A program made the position numbers and the translations under genes. From contig JALOQG010000001.1 in assembly GCA_025453505.1 (NCBI GenBank), positions 1-49,393 on the forward strand: DNA of 49,393 nt, given 5' to 3'. Shown here one piece after another: positions 44,741-49,393 of this stretch; positions within the stretch are counted from its first letter, which is position 1; each line of letters begins with the position of its first letter. The notes under the pieces were generated by a model that saw only the letters and a list, made by a program, of their open reading frames with translations, did no database searches and was not told where the DNA came from. Origin of the DNA: Myxococcota bacterium (GTDB taxonomy: Bacteria > Myxococcota_A > UBA9160 > PR03).

Positions 44741-46039
44741 TCAGCGCTTCTCGATCGGAATGAACGATCGCTGCGTCGCGCCGGTGAAGATCTGGCGGGG
44801 CCGCCCGATCTTGAAGTCCGGATCGCGGTGCATCTCCGCCCACTGCGCGATCCAGCCCGGCAGGCGGCCGATCGCGAAGAGCGCCGTGAACATGTTCTCT
44901 GGCGTCCCGATCGCGTTGTAGATGACGCCCGAGTAGAAGTCGACGTTCGGGTAGAGCTTGCGCTCGACGAAGTACTCGTCCTTCAGCGCGATCTCCTCGA
45001 GCTCCTTGGCGATCTCGAGCAGCTTCGAGTTGACGCCGAGCTTCTCGAGCACGCCGTCGCAGGCCTTCTTGATGATCTTCATGCGCGGGTCGAAGTTCTT
45101 GTAGACCCGGTGCCCGAAGCCCATCAGTCGCGACGTGTCGTCCTTGCTCTTGGCCCGCTCGACGAACTCGCGCGCCGAGATGCCCTCGTCGCGGATCCGC
45201 ACCAGCATCTCGATCACCGCCTGGTTGGCGCCGCCGTGCAGCGGGCCCCAGAGCGCGTTGATGCCGGCCGAGATCGCGCCGAAGAGATTCACCATCGACG
45301 AGCCGCAGAGCCGCACGGTGGAGGTCGAGCAGTTCTGCTCGTGGTCCGCGTGCAGGATCAGAAGCAGGTCGATCGCCTTCTCGATCACGGGGTCGACGTG
45401 GAACGGCTCGCAGGGCGTCGCGAACATCAGGTGCAGGAAGTTCCCGACGTAGCGCAGCGAGTTGTCGGGGTACATGAACGGCTGCCCGATCGAATGCTTG
45501 AAGGCGTAGGCCGCCATCGTCGGGAGCTTCGCGATCAGCCGGTGCACGGACACTTCGACCTGGCGCGGGTCGCGCGGGTCGAGCGAGTCGGGGTAGAAGG
45601 TCGCGAGCGCGCCGACCATCGCCGACGAGACCGCCATCGGGTGCGCGTCTTTCGGCATCGCGCCGTAGAAGCGCTTGAAGTCCTCGTGCAGCATCGTGTG
45701 GCGGCGGATCGACTCGGTGAACGCGCGCAGCTGCGCTTCGGTGGGCAGCTCTGCGTAGATCAGCAGATAGGCGACTTCGAGGAAACTGGCGCGCTCGGCG
45801 AGTTCCTCGATCGGGTAGCCGCGATAGCGGAGAATGCCCGCGTCGCCGTCGATGAAGGTGATCGCGCTCTTGCAGGCGCCGGTGTTCGCGTAGCCCGGGT
45901 CCATCGTGATGTAGCCGGTCTGGTCGCGGAGCTTGCGGATGTCGATCGCGCGCTCGCCCTCGCTCCCGACGATGACGGGAAGCTCGATCTTCTTGTCGCC
46001 GATGCGGAGCTCGGCCCGCAGGTCGCCTGATTCGGCCAT
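44741..46039 (-). CDS. gltA: Citrate synthase (type II)
   Basis: 432 aa. ILRYRGYPIEELA, LLILHADHEQNCSTSTVR, GPLHGGANQAV, GFGHRVYKNFDPR, VDFYSG. Confidence 0.97.
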   Translation of the reverse strand: MAESGDLRAELRIGDKKIELPVIVGSEGERAIDIRKLRDQTGYITMDPGYANTGACKSAITFIDGDAGILRYRGYPIEELAERASFLEVAYLLIYAELPTEAQLRAFTESIRRHTMLHEDFKRFYGAMPKDAHPMAVSSAMVGALATFYPDSLDPRDPRQVEVSVHRLIAKLPTMAAYAFKHSIGQPFMYPDNSLRYVGNFLHLMFATPCEPFHVDPVIEKAIDLLLILHADHEQNCSTSTVRLCGSSMVNLFGAISAGINALWGPLHGGANQAVIEMLVRIRDEGISAREFVERAKSKDDTSRLMGFGHRVYKNFDPRMKIIKKACDGVLEKLGVNSKLLEIAKELEEIALKDEYFVERKLYPNVDFYSGVIYNAIGTPENMFTALFAIGRLPGWIAQWAEMHRDPDFKIGRPRQIFTGATQRSFIPIEKR

Positions 46040-46058
46040 GGCGCTGCCTCCAACTGGG

Positions 46059-46106
46059 CTGGATCCTGGCTGGCTGGATCCGGGCTGGATCTCGGAACAC
46101 TGGATC
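46059..46106 (-). promoter_or_regulatory. Four phased copies of CTGGATC (GATCCAG on the gltA sense strand) in the gltA leader/promoter region
   Basis: CTGGATC occurs at 46059-46065, 46074-46080, 46085-46091 and 46100-46106 (spacings 15, 11 and 15 nt). The nearest copy begins 20 nt upstream of the gltA ATG. Function unknown. Confidence 0.35.
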
Positions 46107-46173
46107 GCTGGTTTCGGAGCCCGGAACCTAGCCGAGGCGCCGCGCGAGGGACACCCGCGCGATGACGGTTCCG

Positions 46174-47817
46174 TCAGCCCTCCGGACCGAGGTCGGGTAC
46201 CAGGACGAGCACCGCTCGGCGCCCCTCGCGCGCACGAAAATGCACGCGTGTCGGCATCACGCGATCGACGCGATCGCGTTTCTTTTCCGCCACCACGATC
46301 GCGCGTCCGCCGGCCGCGATGAAGCGCGCGACGTCGTGCGGGTTGTCGAGCAGGTCGACGCGCCGCCCGCCGTAGTACACGAGGCCGCCCGCCATCTGGG
46401 CGTCGCCGACGAGACCGATCGAACGTTCCGGCGCAGTGAGCGAAGCCGCGGCTTCGGCGATCGGCCGCGGCGACTTGTCGGCGTCGCGGGCGGGATACAC
46501 CAACTGGAAGACGACCATCAGCACCGCCCACGCCGCGACGACCGGCACCGCGAGGCGCGCGCGCAATCGGGCGCGTGCGCGCGCGAGACCGAGCTGCGCC
46601 AGCACGGCGAGGCCCACGATCGCGATCACGCACACGCCGGCCGTGATCGAGACGCTCGCGTCGCGCAGCGGATCGCGCAGCGCGAGCCAGGCGCCCGCAC
46701 CGGCGAGCGCCGCGCCGATCGCTCCCGTGACGACGTGGAACAGCGGCGGGATGCGCCGCGCCGATTCGACCCAACGCCCGAGTGCGTCGGCCAGCAGCAG
46801 CGAAGTCGCCGGCAGCAGGGGCAGCAGGTAGAGGCCGCGCTTGCCGCTCGAGAGCGAGAAGAAGAGCAGCGTGGCGCCGACCCAGGCCAGCAGCAGGCGC
46901 CACGCGCGCTGCTCTTCGGCGTCGGCGTCCGTGCGGAAGATCCGCGTGCGCGCGGCCCACGCGACGGCGGGCGCGAATAGGATCCACGGCAGCGTCTCCG
47001 CGGGGAACTGCCACACGTAGTAGTAGAACGGGCGCGCGTGCGAGGTGCCGGAGAAGAAGCGCCCGAGCAGGTTCTCGACGACCGCATCGCCGAAGAATCC
47101 CTCCGGTGCGAGAGCGACCGCCGACGCAATCCACGCGAGTCCCGGTCCGATCGAGATGGCGAGTCCCCACCACGGAAACGCGCGTGGCAGATCGCGCAGG
47201 CGCCGCTCCCAGGCGAGGAAGCTCGCGATCACGAGCAGCGGGACCAGGAAGCCGACGGGTCCCTTGGTCAGGACCGCGAGGCCGAGCGATGCGTGCAGGC
47301 CGAGTTGCGCGATGCGGCGGCGGCCGATGCCGCGGTCCACGCGCCAGAAGGCGACCAGCGCGAGCGTTTCGAAGAGCGCGAGCAGCACGTCGAGTTGTGC
47401 GCGCCGCGCGTTGTGCGCGAACTCGAACGTGGTGAGCAGCAGCGCGGCCCCGAGCGCCGCCGCGGCTCCGCCGAGCAGTCGCGTGCCGAACGCCAGCGTG
47501 ACGCCCACCAGCGCGACGCCCGCGAGCGCCGACGGCACGCGTGCGGCCGCTTCTCCGACGCGCCCGAACGGCGCTCCGGCGGCCGCCGCGAGCCAGTAGT
47601 AGAGGGGAGGCTTCTGTGTGTAGGGCTGTCCGTTCAAGTGGAGCAGCAGGAGGCCGGGAGGTCCGAACTCCATCGAGCGCAGCGTCTCTGCGACGTGTCC
47701 GTAGCGCGGCTCGTCGGGTGCCCAGAGTCCCGTCGCGTCGAGCCTCGTGCAGAGCAGCAGCAGCGCTCCTGCGAGGAGCAGCGCCTGGACCCAGGGGCTC
47801 GCCGGTGCGGCACGCAT
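46174..47817 (-). CDS. ArnT-like / GT39-GT83 family polyprenyl-phosphate-sugar-dependent glycosyltransferase
   Basis: 547 aa with about 11-13 TM helices. The first periplasmic loop is LWAPDEPRYGHVAETL ... YTQKPPLYYWL (DExRY-type motif). Confidence 0.88.
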   Translation of the reverse strand: MRAAPASPWVQALLLAGALLLLCTRLDATGLWAPDEPRYGHVAETLRSMEFGPPGLLLLHLNGQPYTQKPPLYYWLAAAAGAPFGRVGEAAARVPSALAGVALVGVTLAFGTRLLGGAAAALGAALLLTTFEFAHNARRAQLDVLLALFETLALVAFWRVDRGIGRRRIAQLGLHASLGLAVLTKGPVGFLVPLLVIASFLAWERRLRDLPRAFPWWGLAISIGPGLAWIASAVALAPEGFFGDAVVENLLGRFFSGTSHARPFYYYVWQFPAETLPWILFAPAVAWAARTRIFRTDADAEEQRAWRLLLAWVGATLLFFSLSSGKRGLYLLPLLPATSLLLADALGRWVESARRIPPLFHVVTGAIGAALAGAGAWLALRDPLRDASVSITAGVCVIAIVGLAVLAQLGLARARARLRARLAVPVVAAWAVLMVVFQLVYPARDADKSPRPIAEAAASLTAPERSIGLVGDAQMAGGLVYYGGRRVDLLDNPHDVARFIAAGGRAIVVAEKKRDRVDRVMPTRVHFRAREGRRAVLVLVPDLGPEG

Positions 47818-47856
47818 CTCGATGCGACGTTACCTTCGCGCCAGCGGAGGTGCCCC

Positions 47857-48465
47857 ATGGCGTCGGACCCGATTCACTCGTTTCTCGGCCCGCTGCGCGA
47901 GGCCGTCGTGAAGCCGATCGAGATCGCGCGCGTGCTCGACGACATGACCCACGCGGAGCGCGTCGCCGCGATCCGAGCCGCCGGTCGCAACGAGCAGCGC
48001 CGTCTCTACGAGGCCGTCGCCGGGCAGCGCGAGCTGCGCATGACCGACATGGTCGCGCCGCACGTCGCGGCGATGACGCAGGTGCGACACCACGGCAGGA
48101 ACACGCTGCCCGCCTTCTCGAACTTCGAGAAGCGTTTCTGCCGGCCGAGCGACGTCGATCCCGCGTCGCCTGCGCTGCTGTGGGGCTACAACGAAGGCAG
48201 CATGCGCTGGCTCACGGGGCCCGGTTACTTCGTGCTGCGGCCGGATGCCGAACGCGGCGAGCTGCTCGTCGACTACAATCAGGTGCCGCCCGCGCATCCC
48301 GCCGCCTGGCCGGCGATCCGTTCCAACGAGCGCGGCCTCTCGCAGTTCGTCTACGGCTTCATGATCGACCGCCTGCGTGGCGTCTCGAAGCACGTCACGG
48401 TCGGATCGGCTGCCCGCAAGGGCAAGGATCTCGGCTCCTGGTTCCTGCTCTGCCGCGAGGACTGA
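47857..48465 (+). CDS. Hypothetical protein (202 aa)
   Basis: ATG preceded by GGAGG. Non-repetitive composition. I recognise no family. It lies between the ArnT-like and GT2 genes. Confidence 0.62.
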   Translation: MASDPIHSFLGPLREAVVKPIEIARVLDDMTHAERVAAIRAAGRNEQRRLYEAVAGQRELRMTDMVAPHVAAMTQVRHHGRNTLPAFSNFEKRFCRPSDVDPASPALLWGYNEGSMRWLTGPGYFVLRPDAERGELLVDYNQVPPAHPAAWPAIRSNERGLSQFVYGFMIDRLRGVSKHVTVGSAARKGKDLGSWFLLCRED

Positions 48466-48475
48466 TCCTTCCGCG

Positions 48476-49222
48476 ATGAGCACCGGCGGCCCGGCGCCGC
48501 GCGTCTCGGTGGTGATCCCCGTCTTCGACGAGGAGGAATCGATCGGGACGCTGCATCGCGAACTCGACGCCGCGCTCGCGAAGGTGGCCGGCGGCGTCGA
48601 GATCGTCTTCGTGGACGACGGCAGCCGCGATCGCAGCCTCGCACGCCTCCGCGCGATCGCCGCCACGGACGCGCGCGTGCGGATCGTCGAGCTCGACGGC
48701 AACCAGGGGCAGACGGCGGCATTCGCCGCCGGCTTCGCGACGGCGCGCGGCGAGATCACGGTGACGCTCGACGCCGATCTCCAGAACGACCCGGCCGACA
48801 TTCCGCGCCTGCTCGACGCCTTCGAGGCCACCGGCGCGGACGTCGTGAACGGCGTGCGTACGCAGCGCAACGACTCGTGGCTGCGCAGGCTGTCGTCGCG
48901 CGTCGCCAACGGCGTGCGCAATCGCGTGACGCACGATCACGTCACCGACGTCGGTTGCTCGCTGCGCGCGATGCGCACCGCGCAGCTCCGCCGCATCCGC
49001 CCGTTCCGCAACATGCACCGATTCCTTCCCACGCTGCTGCGGCTCGAGGGCGCCACGCGGGTCGTGGAGATTCCCGTGTCGCACCGGCCGCGCCGTCACG
49101 GCGTCTCGAAGTACGGCATCGGCAACCGGCTCTGGGTGGGGATCGCGGATCTCTACGGCGTTCGCTGGCTGCAGGCGCGGCACCTCCCGGTGCGCGTCCG
49201 ACGCGTGGAGCCCCCGGACTAG
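48476..49222 (+). CDS. GT2 family polyprenyl-phosphate glycosyltransferase (ArnC / Dpm1-like)
   Basis: 248 aa. VSVVIPVFDEEESI, IVFVDDGSRD, TLDADLQNDP, C-terminal RRHGVSKYG motif. Confidence 0.9.
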   Translation: MSTGGPAPRVSVVIPVFDEEESIGTLHRELDAALAKVAGGVEIVFVDDGSRDRSLARLRAIAATDARVRIVELDGNQGQTAAFAAGFATARGEITVTLDADLQNDPADIPRLLDAFEATGADVVNGVRTQRNDSWLRRLSSRVANGVRNRVTHDHVTDVGCSLRAMRTAQLRRIRPFRNMHRFLPTLLRLEGATRVVEIPVSHRPRRHGVSKYGIGNRLWVGIADLYGVRWLQARHLPVRVRRVEPPD

Positions 49223-49393
49223 AGTCGGCTAGGAGCCTGACCCAGGATTCGCTCGCCGAGATGCGGTGAGGATCCGAGGGACAGGTTGGTTGTTGAGGGT
49301 GTTCCCGGTGATGCAGGCGGCGAAGTGTCGGTTCTCACGCCGCGGCCACGGCGCGGAGCCGGCTCCGGAGGCAAAGAGAGGCCCGTTCATGCC

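Noticed and set aside
49223-49393. Possible 3' end of a minus-strand gene, and a slightly lower-GC stretch at the window edge
   Set aside because: Only about 20 codons would be visible (...MNGPLFASGAGSAPWPRR stop near 49335). That is too little sequence to support a call.

Overview
A 49.4 kb, very GC-rich (about 70% by eye), densely coding chromosomal segment from a Gram-negative bacterium. MglA/MglB, a PEP-CTERM protein, Lnt and a LolA-like protein suggest a myxobacterial or deltaproteobacterial-type lineage, but I cannot assign it firmly. I support about 45 CDS, one tRNA-Ser(CGA), a small SRP RNA, three intergenic hairpins between convergent genes and two short repeat families. I saw no rRNA, CRISPR array, transposase, integrase or prophage genes. 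Many very long ORFs in the six-frame track are GC-driven shadow frames and were rejected.

Gene order: DUF2961-like 3' end, ParB-like protein, FMN reductase, mglB-mglA, the conserved ffs / dnaX-ybaB-recR block, a CFA-synthase-like methyltransferase and lnt. Next come a 1567-aa tandem-cyclase STAND protein and a divergent operon (LolA-like protein, MMPL/RND exporter, TLC/MFS-HEAT permease). These are followed by tRNA-Ser, infA, an acetyltransferase, a formyltransferase, an EF-G paralog and a RecA/KaiC-like ATPase. Then a TerB / ArsC / SDR / TetR / di-iron oxygenase / SDR block, a CtaA-NDH-2 fusion gene and a glycosyltransferase / epimerase / PEP-CTERM / TPR-beta-barrel / FecR-like envelope cluster. 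The window ends with a YfcH / LLM / SDR / class-IV aminotransferase / gltA block and ArnT-like and ArnC-like glycosyltransferases.

Most interesting candidate: a cyclic-nucleotide module at 9145-20504.
- The tandem-cyclase protein has two catalytic domains with complementary active-site degeneracy.
- It faces an operon in which both an RND-superfamily exporter and a nucleotide-transporter-like permease end in cNMP-binding domains.
- The cyclase gene is translationally coupled to lnt.

Other notable items are a heme A synthase fused to a type II NADH dehydrogenase, and an EF-G paralog coupled to a P-loop ATPase. All family assignments come from motif recognition by eye. No database search was run.
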